Of a stretch of DNA of 64,000 nucleotides, positions 23,158 through 32,619 are shown in pieces. The translations under genes were made by a program, and so were the position numbers. Each line of letters begins with the position of its first letter. The first letter of the stretch is position 1. The notes under the pieces were generated by a model. It worked only from the letters and a program-made list of their open reading frames with translations. It was not told the DNA's origin and searched no databases. The stretch comes from Spirochaetia bacterium (lineage in GTDB: Bacteria; Spirochaetota; Spirochaetia; WTKD01; G963693115), in contig CBDDCA010000006.1 of NCBI GenBank assembly GCA_965226055.1, positions 576,001-640,000 of the forward strand, read 5' to 3'.

Positions 23158-24561
23158 ATGATAATAATGAAATTTGGTGGAACTTCTGTAAAAGATGCTT
23201 TCATGATACAACAAGTTGGAAACATCATTATAGAACGTGCAAAACAAGAGCCTGTCATAGTCATCTCTTCTGCACTAAAGGGGACTACTGACGATTTACT
23301 CCACGCTGCCGACATTGCCGCTCAAGGAAAAAGTACAAAAAAAAATTTCACTAGCATATATACCAAACATCTTGAAACATGGAACATACTCACTCAACAG
23401 GCTACTATACCACAACATATAGAAAAAACATTTACAGAACTACAAGAACTTCTGCATGGAATACACCTCATAAAAGAATGTACTGCAAGAACCACTGATC
23501 TTATTGTGAGTTTTGGAGAACGATTAAGCTGTCAGCTTATTTCAGAATACCTTACCTTTCAGAATAATACCAACAAAACACCTGATCCTGACCTGTATGC
23601 TACATATGTAGATAGTAGAAACTATATTATCACTGATGACAGTTATGGTGATGCCCGTGTTAATTTTACTATCACAAATAAAAATATCAAACAATTACAA
23701 AAAAAAGTATCAGGCATCCCTATTATCACTGGTTTTATAGGCGCTACAAAAGAAGGAGTTACCACCACACTAGGAAGAAACGGAAGTGATTATACTGCAT
23801 CAATTATTGGTGCAGCACTCCATGCAAAACAAGTGGAGATATGGACTGATGTTGACGGGGTATTAAGTGCTGATCCACGTATTGTAAAAAATTCTTTTGT
23901 CATTCAAAACATCAGTTATTCCGAAGCAATGGAACTTTCCTTTTATGGAGCAAAAGTTATTCATCCTTTGGCTATTGTCCCTGCAGTTAAAAAAAATATC
24001 CCCATTCTCATTAAAAATACCCATAATGTTACCGCAAAAGGAACATGGATACGTAACATTTCTTATAAACAGAACAATCATTCCATTACTGGATTGACTT
24101 CAATTACTAAAAGTAGTCTTCTTACTATTGAAGGAGCAGGGCTTTCGGGTAATTTTTATTTTCTTCCTCGAATATTTAATGTATTTGCACAACATCATTT
24201 ACAGCCACTTATGATAACACAAGCATCAAGTGAACATAGTATCAGCGTTGTATTTGAAGAAAAATCTATACGCTTCATTAAAGAAAAATTAATGTTAGAA
24301 TTTAAAACAGAGTTAGCAAGCGGAAGAATACAAAACATCTCTACTATGAAAAATATTGCTATTATTTCTATTATCGGTTCTAATATGCGTGGATCAATTG
24401 GGCTGGCAGGAAAAGTATTTGCTACCTTAGGAGAAGACGACATCAATATTATTGCTATAGCACAAGGTTCCAATGAAACAAATATCTCTGTAGTGGTGGA
24501 AAGAGACAAAGAGCAACATGTATTACAAACACTTCATAATGAATTTTTTAATAAAAAATAA
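23158..24561 (+). CDS. lysC: Aspartate kinase (kinase plus two ACT domains, no homoserine dehydrogenase domain)
   Basis: MKFGGTSV, TTLGRNGSDY, WTDVDGVLSADPR, QASSEHSIS, IAQGSNE. Confidence 0.92.
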   Translation: MIIMKFGGTSVKDAFMIQQVGNIIIERAKQEPVIVISSALKGTTDDLLHAADIAAQGKSTKKNFTSIYTKHLETWNILTQQATIPQHIEKTFTELQELLHGIHLIKECTARTTDLIVSFGERLSCQLISEYLTFQNNTNKTPDPDLYATYVDSRNYIITDDSYGDARVNFTITNKNIKQLQKKVSGIPIITGFIGATKEGVTTTLGRNGSDYTASIIGAALHAKQVEIWTDVDGVLSADPRIVKNSFVIQNISYSEAMELSFYGAKVIHPLAIVPAVKKNIPILIKNTHNVTAKGTWIRNISYKQNNHSITGLTSITKSSLLTIEGAGLSGNFYFLPRIFNVFAQHHLQPLMITQASSEHSISVVFEEKSIRFIKEKLMLEFKTELASGRIQNISTMKNIAIISIIGSNMRGSIGLAGKVFATLGEDDINIIAIAQGSNETNISVVVERDKEQHVLQTLHNEFFNKK

Positions 24562-24581
24562 TACAATCATCACTAATACAT

Positions 24582-25895
24582 ATGAGATTTATTAGCACAC
24601 GAAATACGCATAAGCCTAACTCTCTATCATTTATACAGTCTATATTTAATGGACTTGCTCCAGATGGAGGATTGTATACACCACATGAAATGCCTCAGCT
24701 ACACTCTTTATTTCATAGCTTTTCTTCTGATATATCATTTATTGAACTAGCAGCAAAAACTACACACGCTCTTTTCCCTCATGAGTTTTCGTTCCAAGAG
24801 AGTATGCAGCTGTGTACAGAAGCATTTCCATTTTCACCAAAACTACAGGAAATTGACACAAGTATATCACTGCTAGAGCTTTTTCACGGACCTTCTTGTG
24901 CCTTCAAGGATTTTGGAGCTTCCTATTTAGCAACAATAATGGATAGACAGCTAGAGAAAGAAAATCGGAGAATTGTTATTCTTGTCGCTACAAGTGGCGA
25001 TACTGGTAGTGCAGTTGCTCAAGCATTTTATAAAAAGAAAAACATAGATGTAGTAATACTCTACCCTTCTAAGCGGGTGAGTGCATTACAAGAATTACAG
25101 TTATGTGGCTTACGAGAGAATATACATAGCTGTGAAGTATTAGGAAACTTTGACGATTGCCAACGCATAGCGAAAGAGGCTTTCATGGATTCTGAGTTTA
25201 GCACAAGCTATTCGTTAAGCTCAGCAAACAGCATCAATATTGGGAGACTCATACCGCAGTCATTCTATTATATATATGCATGGCATCAGCTAAAACATAC
25301 AGATAACTGGCTTTTTTGTACTCCAAGCGGAAACTTTGGTAATCTCACTGCAGGATTATTGGCTATGCAATGGGGATTACCGATACAACATTTCATTGCT
25401 ATTACTAACAGTAACAAAGTAGTCCCTCAATACTTACAGAGTGGCATCTATACTCCTGCTCACTCAATACCTACTATTGCTAACGCTATGGATGTAGGAA
25501 ACCCTAGTAATTTTGAACGTATGCAACACCTCTTTTCACATTCAGTTGAAAAAATGCGAGACACACTCTATGCTACATGGGTACATGACAATGATATATC
25601 ACATGAAATATATGCGGTACATAAAGCACACAACACATTCCTTTGTCCTCATACTGCTGCTGGGACACATGGTGCTCGTAGCATACTACGGTCTCTCACT
25701 GCATCCCGTTATACAAAGGCAATAGTACTAGCAACTGCTCATGCTGGTAAATTTACCGATAGTATAAAAAAAGCTACTGGAGAGTCCCCTATGCTACCAC
25801 AAAGATTAGCTCAATTTTTACATAAAGAAAAAAAATCGTATGTTATAGACGCTACATTAGATGCACTAAAAAAAGTGTTTCATGCTATACTGTAG
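24582..25895 (+). CDS. thrC: Threonine synthase
   Basis: GLAPDGGLY, LELFHGPSCAFKDFG, ATSGDTG, SANSINIGR, PSGNFGN. Confidence 0.96.
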   Translation: MRFISTRNTHKPNSLSFIQSIFNGLAPDGGLYTPHEMPQLHSLFHSFSSDISFIELAAKTTHALFPHEFSFQESMQLCTEAFPFSPKLQEIDTSISLLELFHGPSCAFKDFGASYLATIMDRQLEKENRRIVILVATSGDTGSAVAQAFYKKKNIDVVILYPSKRVSALQELQLCGLRENIHSCEVLGNFDDCQRIAKEAFMDSEFSTSYSLSSANSINIGRLIPQSFYYIYAWHQLKHTDNWLFCTPSGNFGNLTAGLLAMQWGLPIQHFIAITNSNKVVPQYLQSGIYTPAHSIPTIANAMDVGNPSNFERMQHLFSHSVEKMRDTLYATWVHDNDISHEIYAVHKAHNTFLCPHTAAGTHGARSILRSLTASRYTKAIVLATAHAGKFTDSIKKATGESPMLPQRLAQFLHKEKKSYVIDATLDALKKVFHAIL

Positions 25896-25968
25896 TCTAA
25901 GAAATATATAAGTTTAGAAATAAATACTGCGTATATTATTTCAATATAAAAATAACAAAGGAGTTTTT

Positions 25969-26679
25969 ATGAGTTATCAAATACAAGAAAATACCACTGT
26001 ATATACACAATCTAACGTATCTACAAGAAGTTTGCTAAAAAACACTTTCACATGGATGTTTCTAGGGCTTTTAATTACGGCAGCAGTGGCAGGAATATGC
26101 ATAAGCAACCCAACAATTATGAATTATATTCTACGAAATCCTATGGTGTTAATGGTTGCATTCATTGCAGAACTAGGATTGGTATTTTATTTTAGCTATC
26201 GAATTATGTCATTATCAACACAGGCAGCAATAGGAATATTTTTTCTGTATGCTGCATTAAATGGCTTTACCCTATCTGTGCTACTATACATGTATACTGG
26301 AACAAGTGTACTGCATGTTTTCATTATCAGCGCACTCCTCTTTGGCGGTATGGCATTATATGGGCATATAACAAAAAAAGATCTTTCCTCTTTAGGGTCT
26401 ATGCTTATTATGGGTCTCTGGGGAATTATTATTGCATCAATTGTCAATCTGTTCTTTCGTAGTTCTGGGCTAGCAACATTAATTTCATTTGTTGCAGTTA
26501 TCATCTTTATGGGACTTACTGCATACGATGTTCAAAAAATTAAACGTATTGCCAGTCAAGTTGAAAACGGAAGCACAGTAAACTATGTTCGTATTTCCAT
26601 TTTAGGAGCATTACAATTATACTTAGATTTTATCAATATATTTATATACTTACTCATGCTTCTTGGAAGAAGAAAATAA
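25969..26679 (+). CDS. Bax inhibitor-1/YccA family membrane protein
   Basis: Seven TM segments; GLTAYDVQKIK, GALQLYLDFINIF. Confidence 0.93.
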   Translation: MSYQIQENTTVYTQSNVSTRSLLKNTFTWMFLGLLITAAVAGICISNPTIMNYILRNPMVLMVAFIAELGLVFYFSYRIMSLSTQAAIGIFFLYAALNGFTLSVLLYMYTGTSVLHVFIISALLFGGMALYGHITKKDLSSLGSMLIMGLWGIIIASIVNLFFRSSGLATLISFVAVIIFMGLTAYDVQKIKRIASQVENGSTVNYVRISILGALQLYLDFINIFIYLLMLLGRRK

Positions 26680-27020
26680 ACATATAGCGTAGATAAAAGG
26701 AGTAATACTATGAAACCAAAAGATAACAGTGCAAATCAGCAAAATAAAAACAAAAGATGAAAAAACAAATACTAAAGTATCTCACTGATTTGATAAAAAA
26801 ATACTCTGCTTCATCTTAGATGAAACATCATAAATATGAATTTTCTAAAATTTCATAGTTTATTAAAGGCACTTTTTTGATTTACCTTGCACTCCTTTAT
26901 AAATAAAGAGGAAAAAGTACGATTATTCTATTACAAACTAACATCAAGAAGTACAATTAGAGTAAAATAGTTATATAATCATAAACATTTAATAAATAGA
27001 AAATAGGAGAAGTTATAGCT

Positions 27021-28069
27021 ATGGAAAATAATGTGCAGAAAAAACAATTCAAAGATATTGATTTCACTGTTTCTTTTTTTGATTCTCTAAGAGAAGATTA
27101 TGTAGGATTTAATGATTGGACTAAGAAAAAATCAAATGAAGAATGCTTTGTAATCTATACAAATAGTATAATAACAGGCTTTCTTTACTTAAAAAAAGAG
27201 AATGAACCACTAGAGGCTGAAATAAAACTTCCGCAAAAACTAAGATTAAAAATAGGTACATTTAAAATTGTTGCTCATGGAAAAAACTAGGAGAAAGATT
27301 CTTAAAAATAGCATTTGATAAGATGGTATCAGAAAATATAGAAGAAGCATATGTAAGTATATTTCCAAAACATACACTTCTAATACAATTATTTGAGAAC
27401 TATGGATTTCGATTTGAATCTACAAAAAGTACTGCAAGTGGGAAAGAAAACATTTATATAAAGAATATTAAGGAAGTACATCATAACATAATACAGGATT
27501 ATCCATTAATTTCTATCAAAAATAATAAGAAATATTTGTTGTCAATTTATCCTAAATACCATACAAGCATGTTTCCTGATTCAAAACTAACTACTGAGAA
27601 AGATCATGTTGTTCAAGATATATCACACACAAACAGTATTCATAAGGTATATATTTGTGGAATGAAAAATATTGAACATATTAAAAAAGGGGATATATTA
27701 GTTATATACCGAACAAAAGAAGAAAATAAATCAGCAAAGTATAACTCTGTTTTAACTTCAATTTGTACAGTAGAAGAATATAAAAACATAAAAAAGTATA
27801 ATACTTTTGATGAATTTCATAGAGATATATCAAAATACAGTGTATTTAAAAGACAAGAACTAATAGAATTTTATAATACAAAAAGATATCCTCATATTAT
27901 AAAAATGGTATATAACATTGCTTTACCAAAGCGAATTATAAGAAAGGATGCTATACCTTTACTAGATCCTAATAATAAAGCATACTGGGGATTTCTTCCT
28001 ATAGAAGACACTACATTTATAAAATTACTGAAAATGGGAGAAGTCAATGAAAATTTTATTATCAATTAA
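27021..28069 (+). pseudogene. GNAT acetyltransferase with C-terminal PUA/ASCH-like domain, split by a -1 frameshift (pseudogene or programmed frameshift)
   Basis: ORF1 FFDSLREDYVGFNDW..LKIGTFKIVAHG continues in the -1 frame as KLGERFLKIAF..LFENYGF..KVYIC..KKGDILVIYRT; junction GGA AAA AAC TAG at 27279-27290. Confidence 0.8.
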
Positions 28070-28415
28070 ACCAGATTTTGCTAATAAGATATTTACAAAA
28101 AAAAAGAAATTTGAATATAGAAAAAGTATCCCAAAAGGAATAAAAGAAGTTGTAGTGTATGCTTCATCTCCAATAAAAAAAATTATAGGCTCGTTTACTG
28201 TTAAAAAAGTATTAGAAAATACCCCTCAAAAGATATGGAAAAACACCCAACAATTTGCTGGCATAAGCAAATCATTTTTTGATAAATACTATAGAGGAAA
28301 AGAAATAGCGTTGGCTATAGAAATAGATAAAATAAAAAAATTCTCAATAAAAAAAGAACTATCTGAATATCAGATCACAACACCTCCGCAATCCTTTTGT
28401 TATTTGAATACATAA
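28047..28415 (+). CDS. ASCH (PUA-like) domain protein
   Basis: MKILLSIKP.FANKIF..KKKFEYRK, VVVYASSP, PPQSFCYL; overlaps the end of the GNAT gene. Confidence 0.88.
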   Translation: MKILLSIKPDFANKIFTKKKKFEYRKSIPKGIKEVVVYASSPIKKIIGSFTVKKVLENTPQKIWKNTQQFAGISKSFFDKYYRGKEIALAIEIDKIKKFSIKKELSEYQITTPPQSFCYLNT

Positions 28416-28434
28416 TTCTACTTTCTGTTTACCA

Positions 28435-28489
28435 ATTTTTTCTTAGCTCTTTTGTTGCTCCTTTGTCGCATTTAGTCCTTGAATCCGCA
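28435..28489 (-). mobile_element. Isolated IS30 left-end fragment in inverted orientation
   Basis: Reverse complement tgcggattcaaggactaaatgcgacaaaggagcaa matches the IS30 IR and left-end interior. Confidence 0.85.
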
Positions 28490-28543
28490 AACTGCAACTT
28501 CTCATATTTGCAACTTTTATGAATATACTGTATTATATACATA

Positions 28544-28632
28544 ATGCAGGGGAGCTATCTATAGCTGAGAGAGTATTATTGATTACTCAACCCTTAGTAC
28601 CTGATCTGGACAATACCAGCGGAGGAAGCGTG
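28544..28632 (+). ncRNA. TPP riboswitch (THI box)
   Basis: GGGGAGC..GCTGAGA..ACCC..ACCTGATCTGGACAATACCAGCGGAGGAA; promoter TTGCAA-N17-TATTAT at 28508-28536. Confidence 0.93.
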
Positions 28633-29448
28633 AAACAAACGACAGTAACACATAGTGTAAACAAGCATACTCAATCTCATACATTTCCTTTTTCTGTAGG
28701 ACTACGCATAGTTCTCCCTATAATTTTCTTTTCAATCTTTATACTGTTATGGCATATACTGCATAGTACAAACACAGTACCAGCATTCATACTTCCTTCC
28801 CCTGTAAGCATAGCAACTCGTTTTGTAACTGATTTTCATATCTTATTTCCAAACGCCTTTTACACATTATATATTGCTATTATTGGCATACTCTTATCTA
28901 TTATCTGTGCCTTTGTTACTGCTTTACTATTAGATATATTCCATATCTTATATACAGTACTCTACCCCTTTATTCTGCTATTTCAAATGGTACCATCTAT
29001 ACTTTTTGCACCCCTTTTAGTACTATTCTTTGGGTACGGAACAATTACAAAACTAATAATCATCGTACTTATGTGTTTTTTTCCTATTCTTGTTACTCTT
29101 TTACAGGGATTTAAGTTTGTATCATTAAAGCATATACAGCTTTTACAAACAATGGGAGCAAATGCGTGGCAAATATATTATTGGGTAAAAATTCCAAGTG
29201 CATTAAGCCAGCTATTTTCTGGGCTACGACTAGCAGTGAGCTATGCAATGACAGCTTCCATTATCAGTGAATGGGTAAGTTCTATACAAGGCTTAGGATA
29301 TATTATGATACAAAGTCAGCGTTCTTTTATTAGTGAACGAATATACGCTATTATCATAATAATTTTCATATTGAGTATTGGACTTTACTCGCTTGTTCTA
29401 TTGCTAGAATATATATGTATCCCTACAAAAAGACATACTGAACAATAA
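28630..29448 (+). CDS. thiX: ThiX-like ABC permease (thiamine precursor/HMP uptake)
   Basis: FILPSP, QMVPSILFAPL, LFSGLRLA; start reassigned to GTG 28630 after the riboswitch. Confidence 0.85.
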   Translation: MKQTTVTHSVNKHTQSHTFPFSVGLRIVLPIIFFSIFILLWHILHSTNTVPAFILPSPVSIATRFVTDFHILFPNAFYTLYIAIIGILLSIICAFVTALLLDIFHILYTVLYPFILLFQMVPSILFAPLLVLFFGYGTITKLIIIVLMCFFPILVTLLQGFKFVSLKHIQLLQTMGANAWQIYYWVKIPSALSQLFSGLRLAVSYAMTASIISEWVSSIQGLGYIMIQSQRSFISERIYAIIIIIFILSIGLYSLVLLLEYICIPTKRHTEQ

Positions 29449-29492
29449 AATACATACAATAAATATCAATAATAAAAAAATAAGGAGTTATT

Positions 29493-30524
29493 ATGAAAGA
29501 TATAATTAAAAAAGTAGTGTTTTTACTACTATGTGTTTCTTTTTCTCATATGCTATCATTTGCCACAGGAACATCTGATAATCAAACAACAAATAATGAG
29601 AATAAGCTACAAAACAAAGAGCCATTCAAAATACGTCTTGTACTTGATTGGACACCTAACACTAACCATATAGGTGCTTTTGTAGCAAAAGAAAAAGGAT
29701 TTTTCAAAAACAGAAATTTACATGTCGAAATCATTCCTTTCTCAGAGAATACTACAGAATTACTCATAGGAAATAATCAAGCTGAATTTGGATTCTCATA
29801 CCAAGAAGCCTTTACCTTTGCTCGTGCATCAGACGCTCCCATCCCTATCGTAGCGGTAGCAGCAGTCATACAGCATAATACTTCAGGATTTGCTTCATTA
29901 AAAAGTAAAAATATACAAAGCCCTAAAGATTATATAGGAAAAAAATACGGAGCTTTTGGCTCACCTATTGAAAAAGCAGTCATTAGCACTCTTTTACATC
30001 CATATAATAGTTCTGCAGACGATGTATTATTTGTTCAAGCAGGAGCACTTGATTTTTTTACTGCCATTGAAAAAGGAATATACGATTTTGCATGGATATT
30101 TGAAGGATGGACAGGCATTGAAGCAACCATTCGTAATAAATCCCTTGATTTTCAGCTATTAAAAGATTATGATCCAGCGCTTGATTATTATACTCCCATT
30201 ATTATTAGCTCCGAAAATTTTCTTGCTACACATCCAAACATAGCACGAGATTTTATGCAATCCTTAAAAGAAGGATATGAGTGGACAATAAAAAATAGCA
30301 CAGAAGCAGCGACTATCCTTATAAAGCATGAACCTTCCTTAGATAGTACCTTAGTAAAAGAAAGCCTTATATATCTTGCTCCACGTTTCCAAGACAATGC
30401 TGAGTATTGGGGAAAAATGGAAGATACAGTATGGCTACAGTTTACCCAGTGGTTACAGAAAAATAATTTTATAGCGAAAGACTTTACTATTGAAGGGTCA
30501 TATACAAATACATATATTAAATAG
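29493..30524 (+). CDS. thiY: ThiY-like NMT1/THI5 substrate-binding protein
   Basis: LDWTPNTNH, AVIQHNTSG, DYYTPIII. Confidence 0.9.
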   Translation: MKDIIKKVVFLLLCVSFSHMLSFATGTSDNQTTNNENKLQNKEPFKIRLVLDWTPNTNHIGAFVAKEKGFFKNRNLHVEIIPFSENTTELLIGNNQAEFGFSYQEAFTFARASDAPIPIVAVAAVIQHNTSGFASLKSKNIQSPKDYIGKKYGAFGSPIEKAVISTLLHPYNSSADDVLFVQAGALDFFTAIEKGIYDFAWIFEGWTGIEATIRNKSLDFQLLKDYDPALDYYTPIIISSENFLATHPNIARDFMQSLKEGYEWTIKNSTEAATILIKHEPSLDSTLVKESLIYLAPRFQDNAEYWGKMEDTVWLQFTQWLQKNNFIAKDFTIEGSYTNTYIK

Positions 30525-30558
30525 GCATATTACCCTTTATTATTTCCATATATTGATC

Positions 30559-31350
30559 ATGCAAAAAATACACAATAAGCACACGACATTACAATCATTA
30601 TGTTTACACAATATTCAATTTAGTTTTTCTTCAAACAAAAGAGAAAGCAAGAACAAGAAAGGAGCGCAAAAAAAAATAATTGATCATTTCTCGTTGCAAA
30701 CAGAACAAGGAGACATTATCGCACTCCTCGGAAGAAGTGGGAGTGGAAAAAGCACCTTACTTCGTATTATTGCAGGACTGCTTGAACCACAACAGGGAAC
30801 AATAGTGTTAAACAATACACCATTTCGTCATCGATTAGGAAAAGTAGGGTATATGCCTCAACAAGATATGCTGTTCCCTTGGCTTACTATAACACATAAT
30901 ATTGCACTTCCATTACAAATACAAAAATACTCTAAGGCTCAATCTCAATCTATTGCACAATCGTTATTAAAAGAATTTGATCTTCACTCATATGCTCATG
31001 CGTATCCACAACAGCTTTCAGGAGGGATGTGTCAAAGAATATCACTCTTGAGAAGTTTAGTAAGCCGTAATAGTATAGTACTCCTTGATGAACCCTTTTC
31101 TCACCTTGATTACTTTAATCGTTATGAATGTCTTTCTTGGTCAAAAAAAGTATTAAAGAAAATGCAACCAATAGTACTATATGTTTCACATGATATTGAT
31201 GAAGCGTTAGCATTTGCAACCAGAATACTTGTTGTCTCAAACAATACCATGACTATACTATACGATACACAGCTCAAACATACTACTCACAACACTGAAC
31301 AGATAAAACAGTCTATCATATCTTTGCTTGCACAAGATACAAGTACTTAG
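30559..31350 (+). CDS. thiZ: ThiZ-like ABC ATP-binding protein
   Basis: GRSGSGKST, YMPQQDMLFPW, LSGGMCQR, LLDEPF. Confidence 0.87.
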   Translation: MQKIHNKHTTLQSLCLHNIQFSFSSNKRESKNKKGAQKKIIDHFSLQTEQGDIIALLGRSGSGKSTLLRIIAGLLEPQQGTIVLNNTPFRHRLGKVGYMPQQDMLFPWLTITHNIALPLQIQKYSKAQSQSIAQSLLKEFDLHSYAHAYPQQLSGGMCQRISLLRSLVSRNSIVLLDEPFSHLDYFNRYECLSWSKKVLKKMQPIVLYVSHDIDEALAFATRILVVSNNTMTILYDTQLKHTTHNTEQIKQSIISLLAQDTST

Positions 31351-31425
31351 AGAGTACTGTTTTCGCATTACTATCTCTATTACATAAACATTGCGTAAAT
31401 ATATAGTGAAAGCTATACTATAAAA

Positions 31426-32619
31426 GTGAATATTCGTTGTTTACAAATTATTACAAGAATGTACAAAGGAGGAGCAGAAGAAGCAGTATTGCAACTCATT
31501 CGCCATCTCGCACAATATAACATACACTGTGATTTAGCAATAGGCAATGTATTACAAGAAGAAATATTTGAAAAATTTCCTCTTCCTTCTTCATGCTCAA
31601 TTTTTAAGGTTTCTCATATGCAACGTAATCCCAATCCTATACAGGATATACAGGCAATACAACAACTAAAGCACATTATACAAAAAAATAACTATGACAT
31701 AGTACATACCCATACTGCAAAAGCAGGCATTTTAGGACGATATGCAGCATATAAAACAAATGTCAAAACTATCCTTCATACTGTTCATACACTCACCTTT
31801 GGAAATACATTTCATCCCTTAACACGCATTATATATAAATCGCTTGAAAAATGGGCAAGTAAGTTTACAAAGCATTTTATTTTCGTATCTCGTGATCTAC
31901 AAAATAAATATTTGAAAGAACATATTACAACGGAAAAAAAATCATCAACTATATATGTAGGTACTGAGCTACAACAATTTAGAGAGGCTGCACATATTCC
32001 TCACCATACAAACATACAGCTAAAAAAACAGCTTAACATACCTAGCAATACAGATGAAGTAATGCTTGGTTGTATCGCCAGAGTGACTCCCACAAAAAAA
32101 CAAGAGACTCTTATTCGTCTTTTTCCACATATATTAAAAGAACATCCTAACACATATTTACTATTTTTTGGAGCAATAGATACACATTATCATGAAACAT
32201 TAATATCTCTTTGTACTTCTCTCTCTGTTCATCATAGAGTACATTTTTTAGGATTTCAGCCCGAACTATGGAAATACATATCAATAATTGATGTTCACTG
32301 TTTTTCATCAATACACGAAGGGCTACCGCTCGTATTAGTACAAAGCTCAGCTGCAGGAATTCCTTCAGTATGTTTTCGTTGTTCAGGAGTAGAAGAAATT
32401 ATACAACATGGCAAAAGCGGTTTCATATTTGAACACGGGCAAACGACACAGTTTGTACAAGCACTGCTCTCTCTTATAAAAGACAGAAAAAAAAGACAGG
32501 CTTTTAGTAAACAAGCACAAATTTGTTCACAAGGTAATGAGTTTTCTAGCTGGAACATGCAACAGTATGCACAGTCAACATATACGCTCTATACTCAACT
32601 TATACAACAATCTTTATAA
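31426..32619 (+). CDS. Glycosyltransferase family 4
   Basis: GGAE, DIVHTHTAKAG, SIHEGLPLVLVQ; TTGCGT-N17-TATACT-N6-GTG upstream. Confidence 0.9.
   Translation: MNIRCLQIITRMYKGGAEEAVLQLIRHLAQYNIHCDLAIGNVLQEEIFEKFPLPSSCSIFKVSHMQRNPNPIQDIQAIQQLKHIIQKNNYDIVHTHTAKAGILGRYAAYKTNVKTILHTVHTLTFGNTFHPLTRIIYKSLEKWASKFTKHFIFVSRDLQNKYLKEHITTEKKSSTIYVGTELQQFREAAHIPHHTNIQLKKQLNIPSNTDEVMLGCIARVTPTKKQETLIRLFPHILKEHPNTYLLFFGAIDTHYHETLISLCTSLSVHHRVHFLGFQPELWKYISIIDVHCFSSIHEGLPLVLVQSSAAGIPSVCFRCSGVEEIIQHGKSGFIFEHGQTTQFVQALLSLIKDRKKRQAFSKQAQICSQGNEFSSWNMQQYAQSTYTLYTQLIQQSL

Noticed and set aside
28519-28629. N-terminal extension of the thiX ORF
   Set aside because: Runs through the promoter and TPP aptamer; GTG 28630 has the SD.
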